Source: a virus
IMG/VR virus record: IMGVR_UViG_3300037586_005524
Coordinates: 19,221 to 83,220 of that record
Length of the DNA stretch: 64,000 nucleotides
Reading direction: 5' to 3' (one strand)
Notes under the pieces: generated by a model
Database searches by the model: none
What the model was told of the DNA's origin: nothing
Seen by the model: only the letters and a program-made list of their open reading frames with translations
Shown: positions 30,613 to 40,239 of the stretch, piece by piece
Numbering within the stretch: the first letter of the stretch is position 1
How the letters are laid out: every line of letters starts with the position of its first letter
Position numbers and translations under genes: made by a program

Positions 30613-31001
30613 TTATTTAATAATTCCTCTTTGAAAATAGATTCCCAATTTTTGAATCTTATTGCTTTATCATCAATATAACATACAGCATTTGGTTTTT
30701 CAAACGATACATCTTCAATATATTCGTCCATATTGTTTTCAGCTAACCATTCCCAAATTAATTCTTTTCCAGTTTTACCATTTATAAGAGGGCGTTTTGG
30801 ATTTGCTTTACAACTATAAACAATCAGTGTGTAATCTTGAGAAAGCTTTTTTAACGCTTCGTCCGAACCTTTTATTGGAGGATCATATACAGTACCATCA
30901 TGAAATCCTAAAGAACTTCTATGTATGACTCCATCAAAATCAATTGCTAATATTTTTTCTTCTTGTTCTGTAATGAGCTTTAAAAATTGTTCTTTATCCA
31001 T
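30609..31001 (-). CDS. Small capless HAD-superfamily phosphatase (paralog of 23690-24031)
   Basis: AIDFDGVIH, YDPP, KP, YIDDKA. Confidence 0.8.
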   Translation of the reverse strand: MDKEQFLKLITEQEEKILAIDFDGVIHRSSLGFHDGTVYDPPIKGSDEALKKLSQDYTLIVYSCKANPKRPLINGKTGKELIWEWLAENNMDEYIEDVSFEKPNAVCYIDDKAIRFKNWESIFKEELLNK

Positions 31002-31974
31002 TTAGCGCCATCCTAGCTACATCAAGTGCGCGTCGAGCATATGCCCACTCATTATCATACCAAACTACTAACTTTAATGTATTTTTATTTAATACTTTTA
31101 TCCACTGAGCGTCTAATATTGCTGAGTGTTCAGTCATTTTATAATCAACAGAGACTTTAGATTCTTCGTTAACTGTTAAGAAATCATTTTGTGAAGCTTT
31201 AAAAACTTCTAGCACTTCCTTTAAATTAAATTCGTTTTCACAAAATATAGTTATATCCGAACAAGTCACTACATCGGTTGGAACTCTAAAGGACATTGCA
31301 TCCAACTTTCCTTCTAATTCTGGTAAAATCTCTAGTACAGCTTTTGCGGCTGTTGTATTTTTAGGAATTAAGTTATTTACCGCAGAGCGTCCTAGTGAAT
31401 AGTCTTTCCAAATATTGCCAGGCTTTGAAACAGAGGAGACCGTTCCGTCAACTAAATTTTGGTAAGAAAGCCAGGGATGCAAAGTAGTAAAAAAACAATT
31501 TTTGATTTTCCACCTGTCGTTTACAATTTTTAAAACTTGCGCCACCGCATTGGCGTCACATATGCTAGATGAAACTAAATTATGGTTTTTTTTATCATAT
31601 TCTGACTCATTTGCGCCCATAATAATCGTTTTGTCCACATCATCAGAACAATGAGTTATTACTGCTTTGGCCAGCCTTTTCTCATCGAGCATTGTCTTTA
31701 GTTTTTTTACATTTTCAGATACACCTGTCGCATCTATAACAATATCCACCTCGTCGACCCATTCAATATTTTCTATATTTAATTCGGAAGTATATTTAGT
31801 CTCTTTAATATCCGCTTCAAATCTGCCATAAGTTGAATCGTATTTTAGCAGATAAGCCATGTTTTCTATATTATCTATATCATTAATCCCAACAACATTA
31901 AAAAAGCTGTGCTTTTGATTTATCTTAAATATGGCTCGGCCAATTCTTCCAAAGCCGTTAATTCCTAATTTCAT
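30994..31974 (-). CDS. Class I GAPDH/erythrose-4-phosphate dehydrogenase-like protein with atypical active site
   Basis: GINGFGRIGR, AYLLKYDSTYG, FRVPT, WYDNEWAY; catalytic loop SICDANA instead of ASCTTNC. Confidence 0.85.
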   Translation of the reverse strand: MKLGINGFGRIGRAIFKINQKHSFFNVVGINDIDNIENMAYLLKYDSTYGRFEADIKETKYTSELNIENIEWVDEVDIVIDATGVSENVKKLKTMLDEKRLAKAVITHCSDDVDKTIIMGANESEYDKKNHNLVSSSICDANAVAQVLKIVNDRWKIKNCFFTTLHPWLSYQNLVDGTVSSVSKPGNIWKDYSLGRSAVNNLIPKNTTAAKAVLEILPELEGKLDAMSFRVPTDVVTCSDITIFCENEFNLKEVLEVFKASQNDFLTVNEESKVSVDYKMTEHSAILDAQWIKVLNKNTLKLVVWYDNEWAYARRALDVARMALNG

Positions 31975-32981
31975 TTTTTTCCATCTAGTTCGTAAGCAGT
32001 TTTAATTATATTTTGACATACATTGTCGTTTTTTACAAGATATTTTTTAGTTGCATCGGCAAATTGTTCATCATAGTTTTTTTGTTTTAAATCGCTTATA
32101 GCTTTTCTTATGTCATCAATAGACATGTCTCCGGAAATCTTTTTATAAAAATCATAATCGTAAAAAAATCTAAAAACATCTCTAACAATTGGTCGATGCT
32201 TATTTATAAGATGAACATCCATATCTAAGAAAGGCTTGTTGAAAAATACTGCTTCCTTTATTGCAGAAGAGCTTTCGTGAGTCACAACTAAATCGACAAT
32301 TTTCATAAGCTCCATAGAAGTGTGAGGATGCCAAGATTCATCAAGAAAATAATGATCGCCACGATATTGTTTATTGTGAATAGGATTTTTACCTCTTGTT
32401 TTAACAATTATTTCGTATCCTTCTTCTTTTAAAGCAGTATACAAAAAATCTAGATTTACTTTTGCAGGATAATATCGTGCATCTGGATATATCATTATAG
32501 CTTTTTTAGCCTCTTTTTTTAAACCGTATTTTTTGCAAATAGAGTCTGCATCAAGTTCTATACTATATTTTGGAGACCCAAGATATAAATTTTTATCAGA
32601 AAGAGTTTTCCCATAAACTGCATATTCTTTACTAGGAAATATCGAGTAATCAATATTATCAATATAATCATGAAACATCACGACATAATCTGTACCATAT
32701 GAAAGAGAAAATATCGTTTGTTTCTTCTTATCTGGATATTTAGAACCTACCCCTTCGATACAAAAAATAGGACCGTGATGCTTTGTTATTTCTTTAATGC
32801 CATAAAAGTTAAAATTATAAGCCTCTAATAGCTTATTAAATTCTTTCACATTGTTAGATATGCTGTTATATTTGTTTATATTCCAAGAGAATAAACTAGA
32901 CTTTATTCCCATTTTGTTACCTTCTTCAATCAAAGGTATGAAATATTTTAAAAAGGTCATCTCTGGTATGATAAAGTTCAT
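31971..32981 (-). CDS. Putative GT-B-fold transferase (CDP-glycerol/ulosonate transferase-like)
   Basis: LGSPKY, IIVK.R, DLVVT..SS...EA....KP pattern of GT-B C-terminal domains; adjacent to the cytidylyltransferase module. Confidence 0.45.
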   Translation of the reverse strand: MNFIIPEMTFLKYFIPLIEEGNKMGIKSSLFSWNINKYNSISNNVKEFNKLLEAYNFNFYGIKEITKHHGPIFCIEGVGSKYPDKKKQTIFSLSYGTDYVVMFHDYIDNIDYSIFPSKEYAVYGKTLSDKNLYLGSPKYSIELDADSICKKYGLKKEAKKAIMIYPDARYYPAKVNLDFLYTALKEEGYEIIVKTRGKNPIHNKQYRGDHYFLDESWHPHTSMELMKIVDLVVTHESSSAIKEAVFFNKPFLDMDVHLINKHRPIVRDVFRFFYDYDFYKKISGDMSIDDIRKAISDLKQKNYDEQFADATKKYLVKNDNVCQNIIKTAYELDGKK

Positions 32982-32994
32982 TGGTCTCCCAAAT

Positions 32995-33699
32995 TTATAA
33001 TTCCCCTAAATAACAAAATTGAATTTCATTATTTTGTAGAAAGTCACCAAGTTCTTTTGTCTTCTGCTCACATAGATAATTTTTATCCCACTCGCAAGCA
33101 TGATAAACAATTTCTGTTTTTTCAAATAAACATAGAGGATGCACTGGTGGCATTACGTTGGCATATACAACTTTATCAAAATTTTTATCTTCGCCCGCAT
33201 ATACTTCTAAATATTCTTCTTGACCATCGTACAATCCTAAAGTTTCAATACCTTTGTCTTTACACGCTTTAAAAGTATCAGGCGACATGCGCCAAGCTGG
33301 TGGCCTAAAAATAGGTTTAAATATTTCTTTTAAATTTGCTCTTTCAACTATATCAAACATTAAATCAAATTTCTCACAAGCTTCTTCATAATTTAATGTC
33401 ATAAATTCATCATTATCGGTTTTACCTGGAATTCCGTGAAAAAGACCATGATAGCCAATTTCAAAATTTTGTTTTGGTAATTTTCTTAACTCTTCACAAA
33501 ATGAAGGATGTTCGGACAATATTAATGGTTTTTTTGTAGCTATATCATGACGGATTGTTCTCCAATAAGCAATTGGTACAAAAAGGGTAAATTTTATATC
33601 TTCAAACTTTTCTATCAAACTGTAACATCGTTTTAATACTTTCGTTGAAGAACGAGGGTGTGGAGAAACATCATCAATGCTAATATTCACTTTATACAC
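32995..33699 (-). CDS. Polysaccharide deacetylase-like protein (NodB/DUF2334)
   Basis: SIDDVSP, EIGYHGLFH, FRPPAW. Confidence 0.82.
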   Translation of the reverse strand: MYKVNISIDDVSPHPRSSTKVLKRCYSLIEKFEDIKFTLFVPIAYWRTIRHDIATKKPLILSEHPSFCEELRKLPKQNFEIGYHGLFHGIPGKTDNDEFMTLNYEEACEKFDLMFDIVERANLKEIFKPIFRPPAWRMSPDTFKACKDKGIETLGLYDGQEEYLEVYAGEDKNFDKVVYANVMPPVHPLCLFEKTEIVYHACEWDKNYLCEQKTKELGDFLQNNEIQFCYLGEL

Positions 33700-34309
33700 T
33701 TTTATTCCAAAACGCGTAAGTAATCAAATCCTTCTTGTAATTATTAAATCTATTAATCATCACACTAGCACTAATGTTGTTTGTTTTAAATGTTTCTTCC
33801 GTAGCACAATTGGTCATTGTAGCATTAAAATAATTTTGCCAATCTGGTATGTCGCTATGAAAATCAACGGTGTTCGGCAGATCGCGAAAATCAAACTTTG
33901 CAGTTAAGCTAGGAGGCGTTCTTGTTGAACCATAGTCATCTAATAGTCCAGCATATAAAGTAAAATCAAATATAACATTTTCATTCTTAGATACACATTC
34001 TTTCAACTGCTTTATAAAAAAATCTATATTTTTAACATACATTGTTGTGCGGTGACAAACAACAATATCATAATTTTCAATCTCCCACTCATCATCAATA
34101 TTCCAGTTTTCCAATACAATATCATATAAATCATGTTGCGCATCTGGAAATAAATGCTTATAATGAGCAACTGTTTCATTTGTATTAGAATTCCCCAAAT
34201 ATGCTATCTTAGATACTTGTTCATTATCGTTTACTATATAATCATTTTCTAACAAAAAGTTTATAAAAGCTTTCTGCTGTGGTAATACAATAAAATCTGA
34301 CATTCCCAT
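33692..34309 (-). CDS. Divergent methyltransferase-like protein (paralog of 26797-27456)
   Basis: Shares MGxSD, DLYD..L.NWNI.D.WE, YD...C.RT and KN..FIK with 26797-27456. Confidence 0.5.
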   Translation of the reverse strand: MGMSDFIVLPQQKAFINFLLENDYIVNDNEQVSKIAYLGNSNTNETVAHYKHLFPDAQHDLYDIVLENWNIDDEWEIENYDIVVCHRTTMYVKNIDFFIKQLKECVSKNENVIFDFTLYAGLLDDYGSTRTPPSLTAKFDFRDLPNTVDFHSDIPDWQNYFNATMTNCATEETFKTNNISASVMINRFNNYKKDLITYAFWNKSV

Positions 34310-34337
34310 AAATTGATTCTCCCGTTTTTATAATATA

Positions 34338-35246
34338 TTATATGTTTGCAATAATTTTCTCATATTCTTTCAATGTATCATCAATTGTTCTTGTATAACT
34401 CATTGCTTTTTCTTTATAGCTATCATAATTTGCTTTCATTTCTTTTATTGAGTTTAACAACCCATCAAAATCTGAGTACTCTAATCCATACTCACAACAA
34501 TAATTATTTATACTTCCACCATTGCTGTGGTAAATAACAGGTAAACCTGCAGCTAGTGCCTCTAAAACATGATTGGCGCCTGCTTCTTCTTCTGACGCGG
34601 TTAAATATATATCACTTTCTGATATTTCTTTAGCTAAATACTCATTATCTCCTGTTGGGTCAACATGATTAGAATTATTAAAATAAAAATTCTTTGGAAG
34701 TCTACCAATAAAAGTAAAATTTATATTTTCGGCGACGTGATCATCCAACAGTTTATAATATTCAAACCCTTTTTTTGGATTTGTTGACCAATGATGGGTT
34801 ATTATATTAAGGGTATCATTTAATTTGTTGCTTTTTTTATATTTATGAAATATTTTTAATGGTCCATTGTGAACAATGTTGTAATTTTTTCCTCCATAAT
34901 CAACATATTCTTTGGCCCACTCGCTTGGAAAAATTAAATGATCTGATGTTAATATTGTTTGTTTAATAAGATTAGTTAATTCCGGTTTCCCGTGAGTCCC
35001 AAGATCTCCAACTCTTTGAATTATTTTTGTTCGAGGCCGGGAATTTTTATAATTTAAAAAATGTTGGTACCACTCACCATTTTTGTTTGGTCTGGGATCA
35101 AAACAAAAAATCATATCAATATTATCCTCCAACCGAAAAGTAACTTGATGGCCTGTTTTCTCCAATGTTTCAGAAAGTTTAGTCACTGTTTTGTTTCCAC
35201 CGCCCCATGGCCCTTTTAACGGTTGTCTATTAAGATAAATTTTCAT
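34338..35246 (-). CDS. Glycosyltransferase, GT4/GT-B fold
   Basis: GPWGGG, EAGANHVLEALAAGLPV (Ex7E). Confidence 0.88.
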   Translation of the reverse strand: MKIYLNRQPLKGPWGGGNKTVTKLSETLEKTGHQVTFRLEDNIDMIFCFDPRPNKNGEWYQHFLNYKNSRPRTKIIQRVGDLGTHGKPELTNLIKQTILTSDHLIFPSEWAKEYVDYGGKNYNIVHNGPLKIFHKYKKSNKLNDTLNIITHHWSTNPKKGFEYYKLLDDHVAENINFTFIGRLPKNFYFNNSNHVDPTGDNEYLAKEISESDIYLTASEEEAGANHVLEALAAGLPVIYHSNGGSINNYCCEYGLEYSDFDGLLNSIKEMKANYDSYKEKAMSYTRTIDDTLKEYEKIIANI

Positions 35247-35256
35247 TTGTCATTCT

Positions 35257-36243
35257 TTACAAAAACTTAGAATCAAGAATTGGATTCGCACCATAATATT
35301 CAGAATACCATGAAATGGTTTTTTTGAGACCTTCATCTATATTATATTTTGGGCTAAAGCCTGTAGCTTCTCTTAAAAGTGTTAAGTCTGGGCAACGACG
35401 TTGTACACTTCCCTCTGGAGGTTGTTTAATATCAAATTTAGGATTATAATTAAAATATTTAACTACTTTTTCAGCTAAATTCATTATTGGCATTTCCTCT
35501 TTATCATTGCCAATATTAAATACTCCTTTTTTATCACTTAATGCCAGGTTCATAGAGGCTCGTACGGCGTCACTGACATAACAAAAAGATCTTGTTTGAG
35601 TTGCTCCGTATATATTAAATGGGTCTTCTTTGAAATATGCTCTTTTAATAAACTGAGGTATGACATGCTTAAACCCCATTCGTGGGCCATAAATATTATT
35701 ATATCTAATAATTTGAAACTCTAAATCATGTTGATGAGAAAAATTAGCAACAAGAAGCTCCCCTGTTATTTTGCTCCCACCATATGAATATCGAGGATTG
35801 AAAATATCGTCAATACATAATTCAACTGTTTCTGGGGTTGGGATAAGATCTTTTCTAAATTTAAAAGTACAAGAATATGTTTCTGAGGAGGAGGAATAAA
35901 CAAATTTGGTTTGACAGCCTTTAAAATATTCTAATAAATTCATGGTGGACAAAATATTAACACGCATTACATCATAAGGAATTGTATAAAAATTTTCTGT
36001 TCCATTGATGGCGGCCAAATGAAAAATAATATCATAATCTTTATCTAATTTTATTATTTCATCCATTTTTGTGAGATCGCATTTTATAAATTTGGAGCCG
36101 CGCGAAATTAAGCCGTCTATAAAAGCATCTTTGACCCCTCTTAGATTATTATCACAAATATGGACAATATTGCTGTTTTCCAATGCGTAATCTGCTAAAT
36201 AGGCGCCGATGAAACCACTACCACCAGTAATTAAAATTTTCAT
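35257..36243 (-). CDS. NAD-dependent epimerase/dehydratase (UDP-glucuronate decarboxylase-like)
   Basis: ITGGSGFIG, SSSETY, PRYSYGGSK, NIYGPRM, QTRSFCYVSD, RRCPD. Confidence 0.9.
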   Translation of the reverse strand: MKILITGGSGFIGAYLADYALENSNIVHICDNNLRGVKDAFIDGLISRGSKFIKCDLTKMDEIIKLDKDYDIIFHLAAINGTENFYTIPYDVMRVNILSTMNLLEYFKGCQTKFVYSSSSETYSCTFKFRKDLIPTPETVELCIDDIFNPRYSYGGSKITGELLVANFSHQHDLEFQIIRYNNIYGPRMGFKHVIPQFIKRAYFKEDPFNIYGATQTRSFCYVSDAVRASMNLALSDKKGVFNIGNDKEEMPIMNLAEKVVKYFNYNPKFDIKQPPEGSVQRRCPDLTLLREATGFSPKYNIDEGLKKTISWYSEYYGANPILDSKFL

Positions 36244-37007
36244 TTATTACCTCTATATTTGCAAACATACATTATTTTATAATCCTTGAAGCTAGCTTGT
36301 TTTTCAATATCATAAGATTTATTAATCTCCACTACATCAAAATTATATTCATTTAGTAACTCTTTTAAAATAAAAGGAGTCCATAAAACGTGGTCTAAAT
36401 CATAGTCGAAGCTGTTAACCAGTTCTCCGTCTTTGAATATTTCTACATAATTTTTCATTTTTATAAAAGAGTTTAATAAGTCTGTGTTGGCAATACACTT
36501 TGTTATTATTTTGTTTTTATCATCAGCGTATCTCTCTCTGGTTGAAGAATAGGGCGGCTCTTTAATTGCAGCAATGCCATTCCAAGTATCAAAAATAAGA
36601 AGTGCATTTTTATTAAGCTTGTCAGAGGCTAGCTGTAAAAATTCTTTTAACTGTTTAAAGCTGGTTAAATGATTAACCACATAAAACATACTGATCATCA
36701 AATCAAAACTCTTGTCACTTAAATCCTCTTTTGTATTAGTAAAAAAGCATAAATTATTTTCAATTGATTTTTGTTTTGCAATTTTTATCATATCAGAAGA
36801 ACAATCATAACCGACCACATTTGTATTAGTTTTCTCAGATAAATAAGAAGCATGATTTCCTGTCCCACATCCAAAATCTAATATGGATTCAAGTGGAGCT
36901 TTTGAGTGTTTATTATATGCTTTAAAAACATAATCCACTTCTTGTGAATATTGTTTTTTTGAAAATATTTTATCGTAATATTCTACAAAATTACCAGAAT
37001 AACTCAA
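36240..37007 (-). CDS. Class I SAM-dependent methyltransferase (sugar N/O-methyltransferase-like)
   Basis: YYD.IF..K.Y..E, ILDFGCGTG, D.S..M...A. Confidence 0.88.
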   Translation of the reverse strand: MSYSGNFVEYYDKIFSKKQYSQEVDYVFKAYNKHSKAPLESILDFGCGTGNHASYLSEKTNTNVVGYDCSSDMIKIAKQKSIENNLCFFTNTKEDLSDKSFDLMISMFYVVNHLTSFKQLKEFLQLASDKLNKNALLIFDTWNGIAAIKEPPYSSTRERYADDKNKIITKCIANTDLLNSFIKMKNYVEIFKDGELVNSFDYDLDHVLWTPFILKELLNEYNFDVVEINKSYDIEKQASFKDYKIMYVCKYRGNK

Positions 37008-37008
37008 C

Positions 37009-37509
37009 TTAATTTACCTCCCAATATTTCTGAGAGACAATAGAATGGTGATACCTGTAGTCATCTGCTAGCGCTTCTTTGTATGTAAGATTGCTCAAAA
37101 ATATTATATTTGTATTTTCTTCCAAACTCATCCAACCATTCGCACGATAAGGAGGGATTACCAAAACTTTAGGTGAACGATAACTCAATACATAACTTGA
37201 AATATAGCTTGGATTTGCTTTTAAAAATTCTTTTATAGCCAGCTCATCGTTATTATCAACTAAATCCTCCGGTATATCAACGCTTAAAAATTTTGCTGCC
37301 CCCGTAAGAACAGTATATATCTTCCATTCTTTTTTATGATAATGCACACCACGTATCACGCCCCTGCCATAATCTCCAACAAAACACGCTCGATTGATTA
37401 AGTCAGGATCTATATCATCTGTAAGAGGAGATAAAAAACCTCTTTGGTCATTTAAAACTAAAGTATTTATTAATTTTGTTTCTTTGAGGTCTTTGTTTAT
37501 TTTATACAT
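37009..37509 (-). CDS. RmlC/FdtA-like cupin (nucleotide-sugar 3,5-epimerase or 3,4-ketoisomerase)
   Basis: DQRGFL, GVIRGVHYH, LVIPP..ANG. Confidence 0.82.
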   Translation of the reverse strand: MYKINKDLKETKLINTLVLNDQRGFLSPLTDDIDPDLINRACFVGDYGRGVIRGVHYHKKEWKIYTVLTGAAKFLSVDIPEDLVDNNDELAIKEFLKANPSYISSYVLSYRSPKVLVIPPYRANGWMSLEENTNIIFLSNLTYKEALADDYRYHHSIVSQKYWEVN

Positions 37510-38608
37510 AAAAATCTTTTATGACCTCACAAACATAATTAATTTGTTCTTCGCTAATATTAACAAAAGAAGGCAAACAAATTCCATTATCATAGGACTT
37601 TTCTGCCACTGGAAAGTGCTCTCTATTATAACGAGGATCTTTCTTCCAATATTCAAAGGCCGGCTGTAAGTGCAACGGATAAAAAAACATTCTTGGTTCT
37701 ACATCGTTTTCTCGCATATGTTGCATTAAGTCTTCAGCTTCATCTTTTTTAGTTTTCAAAATAACTCTAAAAGGAATGTAAGGGCATACCTCTTCTGGAG
37801 GTTGATAAATATCAACATGCTTAAACTCAGAAAAAGCTTCTGTATACTTTTTATGAATAAAATTTTTCTTTTCTACTAGGGTATCAAACTTTTTCATTTG
37901 AGCTAAACCAATTGCGCATTGAATATCAGTCATTCTGAAATTATAGCCCACTTGAGGATGAACAAAAGTTCCTCTTCCTCTTCTTCCTTGATTTCTAAGA
38001 TACAAAAGCTTCTCATAGACCTCTTCATTGTTTGTGGTTACAAAGCCGCCTTCGGCAGTTGTAAGGGTTTTATCTGCGAAAAAAGAAAAACAACCAACAT
38101 CTCCAAAACTGCCGCAACCTTTGCCTTTCCATTTTATACCAAGCGCTTGGGCTGCATCTTCAATTACCAGCAAATTATGTTTTCTTGCATATGCCATTAC
38201 TTGATCCATATTAGAAGTAAATCCAAAAAGATGAACTGGCATGATTGCTTTTGTTTTTTCTGTTAAAACGCGGTCGCAATCTTCTACGTTAATTTGTAAA
38301 TTTTCACAAACATCAACAAATACAGGCTTTGCGCCTAAAAATTCGACAGAAGTGGCGGAAGCAAAAAATGTAACATCCGGCACAATAACTTCGTCGCCCG
38401 GGCCTATTCCTAGTGCTTTTAAGCCCAAAATCAATGCCAGCGTGCCATTTGGTGCATAAACCCCATATTTCACGCCAATTTTTTCACACAACTTTTGATT
38501 AAATTCTTTAGCTAATGGACCTTCTGTTATCCAATTTGTTTCAAAACATTGTTTTATTGCTTCATATTCTTCCATCCCAACGAATGGCATAAACTGTGGT
38601 ACTTTCAT
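37502..38608 (-). CDS. DegT/DnrJ/EryC1/StrS-family PLP-dependent sugar aminotransferase
   Basis: GPGDEVIVP..TF.AS, IEDAAQA, FSFFADKTLTTAEGG, GYNFRM. Confidence 0.95.
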   Translation of the reverse strand: MKVPQFMPFVGMEEYEAIKQCFETNWITEGPLAKEFNQKLCEKIGVKYGVYAPNGTLALILGLKALGIGPGDEVIVPDVTFFASATSVEFLGAKPVFVDVCENLQINVEDCDRVLTEKTKAIMPVHLFGFTSNMDQVMAYARKHNLLVIEDAAQALGIKWKGKGCGSFGDVGCFSFFADKTLTTAEGGFVTTNNEEVYEKLLYLRNQGRRGRGTFVHPQVGYNFRMTDIQCAIGLAQMKKFDTLVEKKNFIHKKYTEAFSEFKHVDIYQPPEEVCPYIPFRVILKTKKDEAEDLMQHMRENDVEPRMFFYPLHLQPAFEYWKKDPRYNREHFPVAEKSYDNGICLPSFVNISEEQINYVCEVIKDFYV

Positions 38609-40224
38609 TTTTTCCTCACTAATAAATTTACATCATAAAAATACAGATAGTCAATGTTTGTTCTCAAAAAACAATCTAGTGCATGTTCTGCTGTTTCACA
38701 AATTGGTTCCCTATCATTAAAGCTTGTATTCAAAACAATTGGGACTCCAGATTTATTATACCATTTTTTAATAAAATTATAATACCATTTATTATCATTT
38801 TCTGTGACAGTCTGCAATCTAGCAGTTCCATTTAAATGCACAACTGCTGGTACTTTATTTTTTGCCTCTTCTTTGAACTCCAAAACAAAGCTCATATATG
38901 GACTATTTTTATCTTTTGTGAACCAATTTTTGACTTCTTCGCGAAGAATAGATGGTGCGAAAGGCCTAAACCACTGTCTATGTTTTACTTTTTCATTAAT
39001 GAGGTCCTTCATATTAGGACTTCTAGGATCTGCCAAAATGCTTCTATTCCCCAAAGCTCTTCGTCCGGACTCTGAGCCTCCTCCAAAAACTGCAACAATT
39101 TTTTGTTCATCCAGCAAATCAACTACTTTATCGTCGGTACACTTCTCATATAAAATATTATCCTGTTTTTTTAAGGCTTCTTCGACATTGTTATATCCAA
39201 AACCAAGATAAGGCGTGAAGTTGTCCTTCCACTCAATTCGTGGATTGTCCAGCACTTGATGCCAAAGATATTGGGCTGCACCAATTGTTAGACCGCCATC
39301 ATGAGGAGTTGGTGTTACATATATACTTTTTATTTGTGGGAACCAATCAAACATTTTTCCTACAGCTACCGAATTTAAGCTTACGCCACCAGAAAGACAA
39401 ATATTTTCAATGCCCTCTATCTGATTTAAAAGGCTTTCAAACATTTCTCTAATATAATCTTCTGTGGCTCTTTGAAGACCTGCGGCTAAATCAAATTTAG
39501 CTTGTTCGCTTTCTTTTGCTATTTCTGCCCATTTATTTAAGTAAGGGTGTGCAGGGTCATTTCCAGTGTTTGCCCCACGAGGTTGATCTGCGGGCTTATG
39601 AGTTGCTGCAGCAAGGTCGAAAGTAAGCATTCTAAAGAAATCGTTTTTATACTTTTCTGGGTTTCCCATCGCGGCCATGGCCATGACTGTTCCGGCTTGA
39701 TGTCCTCGGGGCCAACCAGATTGAAGATTAAAAATATAGCGCGTGCACCTTGTCCAAACTCCTCCAATATTTACCAAGTTAATTGGATAAGTGTGCACAT
39801 GCTCTATTTTGTTTCCCTTCCCTTTCCACACCGTAAAAGCTGTTGCGAAATTATCTTTTGACTCAAAGCCTCCGCCATCGATGGTTACAATTAAGGCGTT
39901 GTCTAGGTTACTAGAAAAAAATGCATTGGCTGCATGGCATTGATGGTGCCCATAAACATGTAAATGGCCGCCATTTTTCTCAGCAGTCTCCATTATTTTT
40001 TGATATGATTCTTCATAGCTTTTTAGTTTTTTTACAGAATAACAAGTCGCAAAATGTTGAATCTCGTTATAATTTTCATATTCATCAAATAAAAATTGTG
40101 CACTATCTCCTGCAGGCTCTTTTTCTCTAATATATCTTTCATATTCTGCATGTACAAGAGGTTTTCCATCTTCCAATACGCAAAATGAACAATCATGCCC
40201 AGACCATATACCAGCTATTTTCAT
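38605..40224 (-). CDS. O-carbamoyltransferase (NodU/CmcH/TobZ family)
   Basis: GHD, HHQCHA, DGGG, LSGGVSLN, RRALGNRSILADP, RPFAP, LNTSFN. Confidence 0.95.
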   Translation of the reverse strand: MKIAGIWSGHDCSFCVLEDGKPLVHAEYERYIREKEPAGDSAQFLFDEYENYNEIQHFATCYSVKKLKSYEESYQKIMETAEKNGGHLHVYGHHQCHAANAFFSSNLDNALIVTIDGGGFESKDNFATAFTVWKGKGNKIEHVHTYPINLVNIGGVWTRCTRYIFNLQSGWPRGHQAGTVMAMAAMGNPEKYKNDFFRMLTFDLAAATHKPADQPRGANTGNDPAHPYLNKWAEIAKESEQAKFDLAAGLQRATEDYIREMFESLLNQIEGIENICLSGGVSLNSVAVGKMFDWFPQIKSIYVTPTPHDGGLTIGAAQYLWHQVLDNPRIEWKDNFTPYLGFGYNNVEEALKKQDNILYEKCTDDKVVDLLDEQKIVAVFGGGSESGRRALGNRSILADPRSPNMKDLINEKVKHRQWFRPFAPSILREEVKNWFTKDKNSPYMSFVLEFKEEAKNKVPAVVHLNGTARLQTVTENDNKWYYNFIKKWYNKSGVPIVLNTSFNDREPICETAEHALDCFLRTNIDYLYFYDVNLLVRKK

Positions 40225-40239
40225 TATTACACCTTTTCC

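Noticed and set aside
28125-31974. Vitamin B6 pathway (Epd plus PdxB)
   Set aside because: No SerC, PdxA or PdxJ; the genes are interleaved with an aldolase and a cytidylyltransferase inside a glycan locus.
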